Virus record (IMG/VR): IMGVR_UViG_3300016672_000074
Location: 1 to 41,246 of that record
Source: a virus
Taxonomy: Duplodnaviria > Caudoviricetes
Strand: one strand, 5' to 3'
Length of the DNA: 41,246 bases
Shown: in pieces, positions 7,601-15,582 of the stretch
Layout of the letters: every line of letters starts with the position of its first letter
Position numbering within the stretch: the stretch's first letter is position 1
The notes under the pieces: model-generated
Told to the model about the DNA's origin: nothing
What the model saw: only the letters and a program-made list of their open reading frames with translations
Database searches by the model: none
Position numbers and translations under genes: made by a program

Positions 7601-9930
7601 GGGTCATTCGGCGCGTGCTCCATCGCCTCGTAGGCGTCGGCAATCCGGCGAGCGAACTCCTCGTCGAACCGCTCCTTGGTGATGAAGTAGGCTTGGCGCT
7701 TCAGGTCGATCCCGGCTCGGCGGGCGTATTCGTCGGCTGCATCGACGAGTTCCCTGACCGGGCCATGCCAGCCGCGAGCTTTCGTCGCGCCATCAAGCGG
7801 CGCATATTTTCCGTCTGCACCGCCGCCGCTTCCTCGTCCTGCTCCATCGCCTGCCCGGTATTCGCGTCCATCGTTCTCTCCTGCGGACGCCATGCGCTCG
7901 ATCACCTGACCAAGCTGCTCGTCCGAAAGCTGCTCGGGCGTCCACCCCTGACGCGCCAGAACCGCCTGCAATTCAGCAGCGGCGGCACGAGCGCGGCTGG
8001 TGGCCCCCTTCGTGTTACCACGCAGGACGGCAACCACCATGTCCCGCTCCTGCGCAGCCATAGCACGCTGAAGCTCGGGCGGCATCACCTGCCTGATCCG
8101 CAAGTTCTCGACCGCATTGTCCACGGCCTGATCGTCGCGCCCCATGCGCGCGGCGCGGGTGGTCATGCGGGCCACCAGAAGCTCTGCCTGCCGCTCGGCT
8201 TCAACCGGGGCGAACCCGCCGTCCTCTTCGAGCTTGGCCTTGACCTTGGCGATCCGCGCCTCGCGCGAAGCGGTCTGCTTCTTGGCCTTGGCGTCGGTTT
8301 CCTCGGCCTGCTTGCGGAACTCTTCGAGCATCGCCTGCTCGCTGTCCTCAAGCGCCTCGGCCTGACGGCGGCTCATGCCGCCCGCCGTGAGGCGCATATC
8401 GTCCTTCAAGGCTTCCCACGCCTTCGACCCCGGCAGCACGGTGAGTGCCGTCTCGATGGGGATGGCGATGTCGTTGCCCGCCGCCGCCGCTTCGAGCGCG
8501 GCCTGCTGGTAGGGCGCGAGCGGATCGTTCTCGCCCTCGAACGCGCTCGATTGCAGGTAGTCCCGCACGGCCTCGCCGGGAACCAGCACGGTCGAGACGC
8601 CGCGCTCGGTCGCCATGTCGCGCATCAGGTTGGCGAAGGCTTCAGGATCGCCCTGACGCAGCGCCGATCCGCTGACCGCGTTGCCCATCATGTCGAGCCA
8701 GTCGCCCTCGAACTTGCCGAACGCGGCCATTTCGCGCTGTGCAGCGCGGCGGCGGGCGAAGCTCTCAAGCCTGCGCCCTGCGCTGTCGAAGCCCTTGAAC
8801 GCTCCGGCCAGCGCGCCGCCACCGACAACCGTTCCGATAACCGTCTGCGCCCATGCTTCAGGCAGGGTTGATGCCCAATCGGCAAAAGTGCGATCACTGT
8901 TTTCCGGCAGCATCGCCCAATCGGTGAACGACTGAACCGTGGTGGTGGCAAGCTCGCCGGGAACCTCTTTCATCAAGAAGCGCCCCACGCCCGACACAAA
9001 ACCACGCCCGCCGAGCTTGAGAAGCTCTCCCATTGGAGCCTTCTCAAAAACGTATTCCGACAATCCTTGCGTGGCCCCGTAAGCATAGGCCGAAACGCCA
9101 GTCAGACCCTTGGCTTTAGCCGATTGCACACCTTCAGCGCCGACGCCGAGGCCCAAGATCGACGCACCGACATTCGGGTTGCGGGTTGCGATGGTCGAGA
9201 TACCCGCGAGAATAGACGCAGGAACACTGTCGAGGCCACCAAGGGCCGCTCTGGTGAGGGCGTTGTCGGAGCCGTAGATGCCGCGCTGCCTCTCCATTTC
9301 CGCTTCGGTGAAGGCAATGCGCCTGCGGCCCTCCTGAATCCAGCGGTCAACCCCTGCGGCGAACTCATCCGCGTCACGAATGTTCTGCTCAACGCCAGTG
9401 AACCTTGCCTGCGCCCGGTTCAGTTCGGCAAAGGCAGGCAGCACCAATTCCTGCACCTCTTGCGAAACCGATTGTGTCCACTTCTGCACAACCCCGCCGC
9501 CGACATTGGCAATTCGCCCCGGCGCATTGCTGACGAACTCGGAAACCACCTCAAGCGCGTTGCCGCGCTCACCGGGCGCGCGCGTGAGAAACGCCTTGAA
9601 CGCGCCGCCCAGCGTCTCAAGCTCGTCTTCCTCGCCGAGCATATAGCCAGCCAGCGGCGGGTTCTGGTTGAACGCGCGACCGATGGCCGGATACTTCTCG
9701 CGAAGCTCCATCTGGCGGCGGGCCGCGATCTGCCGCTCGGCCCACGACACGTCCATGATCTCGGAGGGCTTCAGGTTCAGCGCGCGAGCAGCGGCAGCAC
9801 GGCGCTTCGCGTCGGCAGGCGTCTCCTGAAGGCGGCGCATTTCAAGGCGCTTCTCTTCCTCGCGAGCCAGTCGCTCGGCGCGGGCAAAGGGGCTTTCGCC
9901 GGAGTTCATCTGGTAGGGGTCGGTCGCCAT
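1615..9930 (-). CDS. Giant polyvalent internal virion (ejection) protein, C-terminally truncated at the left junction; modules include HDxxGH, ParB/Srx-like, ADP-ribosyltransferase-like and HExxH
   Basis: 2771-aa ORF in the last internal-virion-protein slot. Motifs LFRAVHDAFGH, GHEGRHRM..L...G...VPV, NFWRWFGDSPLVDEYGRPRVWYHGS, FYSALERAA...EIQSDW, DLSTLIHESSHLWLE. The stop codon lies within xdhC-derived DNA. Confidence 0.8.
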   Translation of the reverse strand: MATDPYQMNSGESPFARAERLAREEEKRLEMRRLQETPADAKRRAAAARALNLKPSEIMDVSWAERQIAARRQMELREKYPAIGRAFNQNPPLAGYMLGEEDELETLGGAFKAFLTRAPGERGNALEVVSEFVSNAPGRIANVGGGVVQKWTQSVSQEVQELVLPAFAELNRAQARFTGVEQNIRDADEFAAGVDRWIQEGRRRIAFTEAEMERQRGIYGSDNALTRAALGGLDSVPASILAGISTIATRNPNVGASILGLGVGAEGVQSAKAKGLTGVSAYAYGATQGLSEYVFEKAPMGELLKLGGRGFVSGVGRFLMKEVPGELATTTVQSFTDWAMLPENSDRTFADWASTLPEAWAQTVIGTVVGGGALAGAFKGFDSAGRRLESFARRRAAQREMAAFGKFEGDWLDMMGNAVSGSALRQGDPEAFANLMRDMATERGVSTVLVPGEAVRDYLQSSAFEGENDPLAPYQQAALEAAAAGNDIAIPIETALTVLPGSKAWEALKDDMRLTAGGMSRRQAEALEDSEQAMLEEFRKQAEETDAKAKKQTASREARIAKVKAKLEEDGGFAPVEAERQAELLVARMTTRAARMGRDDQAVDNAVENLRIRQVMPPELQRAMAAQERDMVVAVLRGNTKGATSRARAAAAELQAVLARQGWTPEQLSDEQLGQVIERMASAGENDGREYRAGDGAGRGSGGGADGKYAPLDGATKARGWHGPVRELVDAADEYARRAGIDLKRQAYFITKERFDEEFARRIADAYEAMEHAPNDPAVRAAYEAMIAETRAQYDVLVEFGYSFTFFGNDDDPYAGNPFNAMRDLRDNKTMAVYSTIAGYGSGYSEAAVDDNPLLADTGLEWPDQNGQPVKVLANDLFRAVHDAFGHGLEGAGFRYDGEENAWQAHARLFSPAALPALTSETRGQNSWLNWGPRGDENRFAVLDDTTFADQKAGLLPSWAWTENVVPDMEPTDGRLDEALIDGESAGLAADGSIQIGWSPQRIEDLLRAHGYASEPERSKALAVRISPDQFLGLTASATGRRLIAERVEGMEEYGDGIDFDKMRENPQAPFLIVAVEGGFTNVFGTEVPVTLRVVGHEGRHRMTMLKAAGVTSVPVVVIVQENRGKDIPETANASPQRSRSDQVATGDTEALFENMVPISYANRERLAQEFGQGRELFQESPFSTRYNAEADTYREAINAAWDSWRDWHRRAMAMGADAAGTGPVADLRRIGTPEALALADEGERITNYLKGLETWPVEQVEMFPGEELGDAPDFVIRDDQDTIEIDGIERPTKNADEELIAINKAGLTNFWRWFGDSPLVDEYGRPRVWYHGSRSMTVEDRTMAFRESATNFFASDYRTARDFGAGDNAVFKVYIRAERLAEHDAEGRMWDQVYEPEGYEIDEAMDRYIADQIADWEPTSSIEEKSDGTWRVFDAVNDEYNEFDNEGAARDDYDDAVERERMTFEEELRDDTTWWELQEKEYLSGGRSTDRVAEDDTADGHDVTLITDVDEGSGATDVAIVLSDPRLIKATENIGTFDPEDPRIYLQATWFYSALERAAESVKTERAPAAQWIATLKNAPGVKAEELEWTGIIDWLEAQTGPVDKSQVVETIQRGGIVVVEKELGNEPDDDAIQEKVYEIEEELRDQFYGSYETEWSVEQVPEEDLDGLDGPQWQLIANSDGRAGGEFYDSEDDAQAAADELNAEAENEAFYDWLEYQDTWEQARRALMDEGGTVQWKSYSLAEDSGHEDTYFEWLMRLPSGQGANPDSSPRTHWNDSGVVIHVRGHRRDGADGKRILFLDEIQSDWHQQAASRFTEAKAEAVRAFRSAQRGGDTFFNVPDELLQSIGDAIDEGKSHRAWPDIAKWLEANPSEAGAALLQSVADANRGYRAPPNPEKVAEAEGALDEARSEFDAKMAQLTEAIVAFGEKYGVKIEGGALSTQFPDSNVRFLRGKLETLERTEWVALGLMRNEPDVSPEALRAQARRAYEINADLSTLVLATNDRVTIGLVDRVNEAANLLAELEGKPVGTVSGEFAGESEKSGGGLALRDLFAATDKAKRDVELRARELDVVKNSRGIPDAPFKDTWPIVAVKRMIAKAAAEGYDQIAWIKQGENNGGMDDDVDWFYGRNLPNMVNKLLKPYKGKVKGVFVDGLERPETPQSLAFDAVLEEMRQHGVTVALGMSDGALEQAFDEAEEMFDRRLRGNQRQLAEIVRNDESVSEVARYEARINNDKIAKEEFQADRAGLKARYLAAQEAYIPGLMALDERVRELSAQVVDLRSKADFMQRYTGDEAGAREVYDDAIRKANARLLSFDSNIEFHERVIAAVRAAQAAGEETAAVEGLTYPVTADDARITSEENSIARLRREKAEFQQMFDQVSAFEIAYPASLELPAASRELAALQKQRQRMFELPTNLGFDITPELREAAASGFPLFQPDHRNMPRGRILFPGNDDQGAVIELFQGRDLSTLIHESSHLWLEELKADAADPNAPEQIKRDWQTLLDWFKANGYEVRNGVIPAGAHEMFARTGERYMREGKAPSVGLKRAFETFRSWLVSLYKTVRGLNSPITPEIREVFDRLLATDEEIAEARQMQGMDALFNTAVEAGMSPDEFANYQEQVASARAEAQGKVIEKVMADIAKRETRLGRERRRQIKDQVTKAAEDVPLFKALALLREERMDRAALVERFGEDVVGQLPSRVPPLYAEAGVDPEVIAERAGFASAEDMVNAMIAAEADQKAAKAGGDKRNMKARFIDQMTDQAFAAQLAVAP

Positions 9931-9932
9931 AC

Positions 9933-12158
9933 CTACTGACCTTGCATCAACCGGAGCCTGCGTTCAATCTGCTCGGGCGTGGGAGCTACACCATTCTGCC
10001 GGATATATTCACTGCGGATGCCGGTGATGAGCCGGTTGCGGGTGCGCGCTGCTGCACGCTGCGTCTCTGCCTCGGCGTTGCGCGAAGCGGCGGCTTCGAC
10101 CGTGCCGGTGATCTCGTAGCGCGGCGCTTCGCCTTCGGTCTGCATGAACAGGGTGTCGATCCCGCGCGAATACTTCGCAGGCACCTTGGCGGTGGCGTAG
10201 CGGTAGAAGTCCACGAAGTCGGCATCGCTCGGCAGCTTGCCGTTGTTGTCCCTGATGAACGCATTGGCACGGTCGGCCATAATGGTCGCGATGGCCCCGA
10301 ACTTGGCATCGCCTTCCTTGATCTTCTCTCCGTCGCCGATGCTCAAGGACGTGATCGTGCTCTTGATCTTCGGCCCCGGCAGGAAGTCGAGCGCGCCCTG
10401 ATTGCGCTTCTGAAGCATCTGCGCACGCTTCGACGCCAGCGCAGCCCACTGTTCCGGCTCGACCATGCCCGCATAGGTGGTCGGATCGAGCGCCATGAAC
10501 GCCTCTTCGTCGTAGGACATCATGCCGGTCAGGCGGGCGTATTCCATGTCGCGCATCTGCTTGAGCGCGGCGGTGTTGGCTGTGGCCTGCGCGGCCTCAC
10601 CCTGACGCGCCACCTCGACGAACCGCAGCGCCGTCTCGGGCTTGAAGCCCGCGCGGATATTGGCCGGAAGCTGCTCGTAGCTGGTGAAGTTGTCGAGGTT
10701 GCCGGGAACCAGCATCCACTCCTGCACCGCCGTCACCGCCTCGGCATCGCGGCTGTCAATGATCGACTGGTCGATATTAACCCTGCGCTGGAACCGGGCG
10801 CGAAGCTGGTCGGCGCGCTCCGGCGTGATCTTGCCCGCGTCCTCGTCGCGCTTGATGGCTTCGAGCACGGCGGCATTATTCCACGCGCGCGGCTCGCTCG
10901 GCGCACCAACGGGCGATGCGCCCTTGAGGTATTCCTCGGGGTCGATCTGACGGCCCTGCGCGTCCTTTACCTCAAGATGCAGGTGAGGGCCGCTTGCGCG
11001 ACCCGTCGATCCGACAGTGCCGATTACGGTGGACTGTGTAACTCGGTCGCCTTTCTTGTAGGCTGGCGGCTGACCCATGTGCATATAGGAGGTCAGGGTG
11101 CCGTCCGCGTGGCGGATGCGGATGAAGTTGCCTCCGGTCTTCCCGGTGCCAGCCTCTTCCACCACGCCATCAGCCACAGGTTTGATCGCACTGCCGCGCG
11201 GCGCGGCGATGTCGAGGCCAGCAGAGCCTCGCGCCTGATGCCCACGGAAGTCGTCGGTGACAGGGCCGGTCGCCGGGGTCTGGCGAGGTGCGGTGCCGGT
11301 GGGAGCGGAAGACGCTACACCCCCACCGGCATCCGCGTCAGCGACGGGAGAAATGCCGCTGACATAGCCGTCCAGTTCATTATCGAGCGCCCGGTCGAGC
11401 CGTGGCCGCGCCAGCACGCCCGCAAGCTCCGACACACCCTTGGCCGAAAGCAGGTCGCGGTTCTGCTCATAGAAGTCGAGCACCAGATCGAGATCGACAT
11501 TCGGGTCTTTGAGCATCCCGTCGATGGCCGTGGTGATGACGACATCGTTCGCAGAGCGCAGGCGGTTCTCGGCGACCTCCGGCGTGTCCCCGGCCAAGAT
11601 CGACAGGTTCTGCGACACGGCGGCGATCATGTTCAGCCCCTGCTCGAACTTGGTCTTGTCGAGCGGGTTGAGCGCAACATCGGTCTGCACCTGCGCCAGT
11701 TCGGCGGTGGTGGTGTCCCAATCCGACTGCCACTGCTCCTTGAGGCCGTGGCTCACGATGTCGCCATCAAAGGCAACAAGCTGCTCATCGGTCTTGAGCG
11801 AGAACAGTTCGCGCTGCCGCGAATTGCCCGCGCGCTCGGCGTAGGTGTCGCGCAGTTCAGCGATCCGCTTGCGGACACCCTCTGCCTCATCGACAGCGGC
11901 ACTTCCTCGCAAAGTGCGATACTGCATGATGAGTGGCTGCGCTTCCTTGCGCCATTCGAGCGCCAGCCGCCGCGAGGAAATGTCGTTGTGCCGCTCCTGA
12001 ATAGCGAACTCGGCTTCGGCATACTGCCCGATCCCGCGCGCCGCCGACTGAAGCCCGCGCGCGACCCCTGCCCCGACACCGCTGGTGTCAGGCGCTTGCA
12101 GGCGAACCTGCGAACCGCTCGGCGCATTGGTCTGCGACTGGTAGGTGGGCGCGCGCAT
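9933..12158 (-). CDS. Internal virion protein with central M23 (LytM) peptidase-like domain
   Basis: GLDIAAPRGSAIKPVADGVV...GNFIRIRHADGTLTSYMHM...IGTVGSTGRASGPHLHLEV, flanked by helical regions; located among ejection protein genes. Confidence 0.85.
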   Translation of the reverse strand: MRAPTYQSQTNAPSGSQVRLQAPDTSGVGAGVARGLQSAARGIGQYAEAEFAIQERHNDISSRRLALEWRKEAQPLIMQYRTLRGSAAVDEAEGVRKRIAELRDTYAERAGNSRQRELFSLKTDEQLVAFDGDIVSHGLKEQWQSDWDTTTAELAQVQTDVALNPLDKTKFEQGLNMIAAVSQNLSILAGDTPEVAENRLRSANDVVITTAIDGMLKDPNVDLDLVLDFYEQNRDLLSAKGVSELAGVLARPRLDRALDNELDGYVSGISPVADADAGGGVASSAPTGTAPRQTPATGPVTDDFRGHQARGSAGLDIAAPRGSAIKPVADGVVEEAGTGKTGGNFIRIRHADGTLTSYMHMGQPPAYKKGDRVTQSTVIGTVGSTGRASGPHLHLEVKDAQGRQIDPEEYLKGASPVGAPSEPRAWNNAAVLEAIKRDEDAGKITPERADQLRARFQRRVNIDQSIIDSRDAEAVTAVQEWMLVPGNLDNFTSYEQLPANIRAGFKPETALRFVEVARQGEAAQATANTAALKQMRDMEYARLTGMMSYDEEAFMALDPTTYAGMVEPEQWAALASKRAQMLQKRNQGALDFLPGPKIKSTITSLSIGDGEKIKEGDAKFGAIATIMADRANAFIRDNNGKLPSDADFVDFYRYATAKVPAKYSRGIDTLFMQTEGEAPRYEITGTVEAAASRNAEAETQRAAARTRNRLITGIRSEYIRQNGVAPTPEQIERRLRLMQGQ

Positions 12159-12652
12159 CAGGTCTGCTTCATCTTCTTGTATTGGGCCGCGCCGCCAAGC
12201 AGCGTGGAACCGGCCTCGAAGAACGAGCCGATCAGTGCGCCTTTGCCTGCCGCGCGCGCCGCGCGACCTTCGGCCCTGAAGTTCGACACGGTGCGATCCA
12301 TGCCGCGCACGTTCTGGAAGGTCTGGCCGTAGATGTTGCGTGCGTCCTCGCGGGCGAGCGTGTTGGTGTCCGTCACGATGTCTTGCGCCGTGCCAAAGTC
12401 GGTGCTCACCCCGTTCGCCGCAGCAGCAGCCCGCTGCTGGCCCTTCAACTGCGCGACCTTGCGGTAGTGCAGCAGAGCCTCGCGCGCGCCGCGCTCCTGT
12501 TCGAGCCTGATGTTCTCGCGCTCGTTGGCCGCGTTGGCTTCAGCCACGCGCTGCTGATACTTGCCCTGTGCGTTGGCGGCCATGCCGCCATAGACCGAGC
12601 CGACAGCGGAAACGACAGCGCCAGCGGCAACGAGGGCAGCGGGGCCACACAT
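12158..12652 (-). CDS. Small internal virion (ejection) protein
   Basis: MCGP start, hydrophobic Ala/Gly-rich N-terminus, G.QRAAAAANGV motif; coupled to both neighbours. Confidence 0.75.
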   Translation of the reverse strand: MCGPAALVAAGAVVSAVGSVYGGMAANAQGKYQQRVAEANAANERENIRLEQERGAREALLHYRKVAQLKGQQRAAAAANGVSTDFGTAQDIVTDTNTLAREDARNIYGQTFQNVRGMDRTVSNFRAEGRAARAAGKGALIGSFFEAGSTLLGGAAQYKKMKQT

Positions 12653-13113
12653 CAGGACGGCTCCTTCACGAACTCACGGAACATGACGCCTCTGATCTCC
12701 TGCTCATCCGCGCTGACCTCGAAGCCCCACTTTTCCAGCAGCCGGATCGCGCGTCGGTTCTCGCTGGACACTAGGTTGCGCAGCGTCATCCTTGAATCAT
12801 GGAGCCGGTCGATCATCCCCGGCCCCCACATCAGCAACTCGCGACCGTGGCGATAGACCTCATCAGTGCCGAGGAACCACGGGATCGCCGCTCCGCTCAA
12901 CGCGCTCTCGATCACCACGCCGAACATCGCCTCGGGGCGATCATCGACCAGCGCAGTCCACGCTCTGACCGATTGCGCCAGACCGGCGCGCAGCGCGGCC
13001 TTTGGGGGTCGCCCCATCGCCTCGCACTCGCGCCGGTCGATGTCGCGCATCATGTTCGCGATGCGCCCGACATGAACGCTGCGCGCAGGCACCAGCCTGA
13101 CGCTACTCCGCAA
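12652..13113 (-). CDS. T7 gp13-like / GNAT-fold virion assembly protein
   Basis: MRDIDRRECEA, PWFLGTD and N.V...NRRAIRLLEKWGF motifs; position after tail tube B. Probable TTG start at 13113 after GGAG. Confidence 0.7.
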   Translation of the reverse strand: MRSSVRLVPARSVHVGRIANMMRDIDRRECEAMGRPPKAALRAGLAQSVRAWTALVDDRPEAMFGVVIESALSGAAIPWFLGTDEVYRHGRELLMWGPGMIDRLHDSRMTLRNLVSSENRRAIRLLEKWGFEVSADEQEIRGVMFREFVKEPS

Positions 13114-14908
13114 CGGCAGGCTCCATCGCGATTGCCAGAAGCTCAAAGTTCGAGGGCAGGGTCTGCTCGACCACGATTTCGATGTCCTCGCCAGCCTTGT
13201 TCGCCATCGTGAGCGGGTCGGTGAAGCCGTCGATGGGTCGAAGCGGGTCGCCCCCCAACCCAAGTTTCTGCTTCACGGCGTAGAGCTTTCCGGGGATGCC
13301 CGCCTTGATGTTGCTGGTCTGGCGCACCTGAAGCACGACATCACCGGGCTGCTGCCTGCGCCCGAGGTTGGTGCCTTGCTGGCCGTTGTAGCGATAGGGC
13401 AGGGTGTGGATGCGGGTGGTGTAGGGCAGGCCAATTGTCACCTTGGACGCGGTTGCGCCGCCCGGCAAAGTTACGACACCATTCGTGACGGTCAGGCCCG
13501 AATACGCCGCGCCATCGGCCTGCACCGCCACCTCTTCCCCTTCAAGGTGAAAGAGGCCACCGAAGGAATTACGCGGCTCTTCGAACTCACCAGACACCGA
13601 GCAGTCCAGCCAGCAGGCGTCGGCGGGGTCTTCCCACAGGTGCGAGGCCATGCGCTCAATGAAGCGCCTTGTCTGGCCGTTGATGACGCGCTCGACCTCA
13701 AAATAGGCCCGATCCTCGCCCTCTTCAGTGATGACGGCGACACCTTTGTAGAGGCCCTGCGTCTCGCAGACAGTCCAGCCCCACACGTTCTGCTCCTGCT
13801 CCCATGTGAAGGCGAGCAATTTGCCATCGGATCGCACAACCCAAATGATCGAGCGCGGCTCTGCCGCATAGGCCCAATCGACGATCTGGTAGTCCTCGAA
13901 CAGATGCGGAGAGAAGATCGTGACATCGTTCGAGCGGTTGCCATCAAGCTCGAAGCTGTAGCCAATGGCGCGCACCGCAAAGCCAACAGCAGGCGCGTGG
14001 AAGATCGCATTGTCGATGGCGAGCGCGCGCAGGCGTGTCGCGCCCCGGCTGATCTCCTTGCGCGCGGCTGGCGGGGAATTGCCAGTGAGCACGCCACCAT
14101 TTCCATCGCCGTCCACAGTGAAGATCGCGTGCGTCGTCAGCGCGAGCAGGCTGGTGGTCGAGACAAGCTGATTGATCGCACTCACCTGACTGGACACGAT
14201 TGCCATAGAGAAAGCGTCGTCGGCCTGCGCGGGGCGCGCGCGATCCATGTTCTCAAGCTGGCTGACCCCGACGCGCGAGGCATAGATCGCGTTAGGAGCC
14301 GACCGGGTGCGCGCCCACAGCAGGCGCTGCTCGTGCAGGCACACGGTCGAGGGGCGATTGTCTGCGCCAGAAAGCGGGTTCTCCGCGTTCGGCGGAGCGC
14401 GGTCGAGGGCAGGGCCGATGTTGTCGTCCCGAAACGACAGGTCTTCGGTCGTCCCGATGTAGCCGTAGAACTGGTTGTTGTCGGCCTTGTAAACATTGTA
14501 ACGTGTCGCTCCGGTGACGGCGCTCCATGTGACCGTGTTGTAGTTCCGCTTCAGCGAGAGATCATTCGTCGCCGTGCTGGCGCTCGAAGCGCGACTCTCC
14601 TGCCCGGTTTCGTCGTTGATCGCCGTAACCACATAGGTCGCGGGCTGCGGGAAGTAATTTTCCCCGCTGTTTACGGCGTCCGTGTTCGGCGTTGTGGCGG
14701 TCGCATTCACGCCCGCCGGGGCGCTGATCGACGGCCCGAAGGTGATCGTGCTGAAGAGCCAGTCGGCGTGATCGTTGCGCACCAGCTTGCCCGGATCGTG
14801 GTCGATATGGGCAAGATACATACTGTCGGTCGTCTGCTCGTAGTCGAGATCGCCAACCTGTGAGCCGTTGTAGGGCACCGCCGCCCGATAGATGCGAGCA
14901 ACGCCCAT
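13103..14908 (-). CDS. Tail tubular protein B (nozzle), C-terminal part
   Basis: Starts MGVARIY at a TGATG overlap. Motifs PSTVCLHEQRL, EQNVWGW, FIERM, GLFHLEGEEVAVQADG, IGLPY. Confidence 0.8.
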   Translation of the reverse strand: MGVARIYRAAVPYNGSQVGDLDYEQTTDSMYLAHIDHDPGKLVRNDHADWLFSTITFGPSISAPAGVNATATTPNTDAVNSGENYFPQPATYVVTAINDETGQESRASSASTATNDLSLKRNYNTVTWSAVTGATRYNVYKADNNQFYGYIGTTEDLSFRDDNIGPALDRAPPNAENPLSGADNRPSTVCLHEQRLLWARTRSAPNAIYASRVGVSQLENMDRARPAQADDAFSMAIVSSQVSAINQLVSTTSLLALTTHAIFTVDGDGNGGVLTGNSPPAARKEISRGATRLRALAIDNAIFHAPAVGFAVRAIGYSFELDGNRSNDVTIFSPHLFEDYQIVDWAYAAEPRSIIWVVRSDGKLLAFTWEQEQNVWGWTVCETQGLYKGVAVITEEGEDRAYFEVERVINGQTRRFIERMASHLWEDPADACWLDCSVSGEFEEPRNSFGGLFHLEGEEVAVQADGAAYSGLTVTNGVVTLPGGATASKVTIGLPYTTRIHTLPYRYNGQQGTNLGRRQQPGDVVLQVRQTSNIKAGIPGKLYAVKQKLGLGGDPLRPIDGFTDPLTMANKAGEDIEIVVEQTLPSNFELLAIAMEPAVAE

Positions 14909-15582
14909 CAGGGGATCACCACGTCGGGGATGGCTCCATCCCACCCACCGCCGCCGCCACCGCCGCCATTGGGGGGCGTGGTCGGAGGGGGAGAGGGCGG
15001 CGGGGGCGGCGGTGGCACCGGGGGAGGCGGCGGGGGCGGGGGCGGTGCCGCCGTCCGCGTGATGCCGCCCGAGGCGGCGGTGAAGGTGGTGCCGATGGTG
15101 TTGGCGTTGATGGTGAAGGTGTTTTCGTCCACCACCGTGACGACGCGCCACACGCGCCGGTTGAGCCGCGCGCCCATCGGGCCTTCAATCCCCGTCAGGA
15201 AGACCGGATCGCCGACCTCGTATTCGTGGAACGCGGCGGTGATCTGCGCCTCGCTCGCCGCCGTGATGGCGGTGATCTCAAGCTCCTCTTCGAGCACGCG
15301 ACCACCGAGCGCCATCGGCGCAGCATATCCCTGACCGAACTCAAGCACGTAGGTCTGCTCAAGCGAGAACTCGAACGGGATCAGGCGCGTCGGCTCGCTG
15401 CTGTCCAGCACCTCGGCCACCAGCCGGTGCCCCGGCCTCTTGGACAGCCCGCCATACTTGAGGATCGTGACGTTCAGAGCTTCCTTGACGCCAGCCTGCC
15501 ACGCATCGACATCGAAGCGCCCATATAGCTGCGGGGCGATCTCGCCCTTGCTGAAGTTCACCTGCGGGACGCGAGGGTTCAT
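14908..15582 (-). CDS. Tail tubular protein B, N-terminal part with FCCH-like beta domain and poly-Pro/poly-Gly tail
   Basis: QVNFSKGEIAPQLYGRFD...GGLSKRPG...RLIPFEFS...LEFG is the usual tube B N-terminus. ATG 15582 overlaps the tube A stop. Confidence 0.8.
   Translation of the reverse strand: MNPRVPQVNFSKGEIAPQLYGRFDVDAWQAGVKEALNVTILKYGGLSKRPGHRLVAEVLDSSEPTRLIPFEFSLEQTYVLEFGQGYAAPMALGGRVLEEELEITAITAASEAQITAAFHEYEVGDPVFLTGIEGPMGARLNRRVWRVVTVVDENTFTINANTIGTTFTAASGGITRTAAPPPPPPPPPVPPPPPPPSPPPTTPPNGGGGGGGGWDGAIPDVVIP

Noticed and set aside
1615-9930. Virion RNA polymerase (N4/crAss type)
   Set aside because: No DxDGD-type or T7-type polymerase motifs recognised in the part present.
2806-14863. 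Long plus-strand ORFs (e.g. 4102-7152, 7213-8871, 9942-12332, 13376-14863)
   Set aside because: Antisense shadows of GC-rich minus-strand genes, with no motifs or RBS.
13103-15151. 682-aa ORF with His/Arg-rich N-terminal extension
   Set aside because: The extension is an alternative frame of the poly-Pro region; the coupled ATG at 14908 is the more plausible start.
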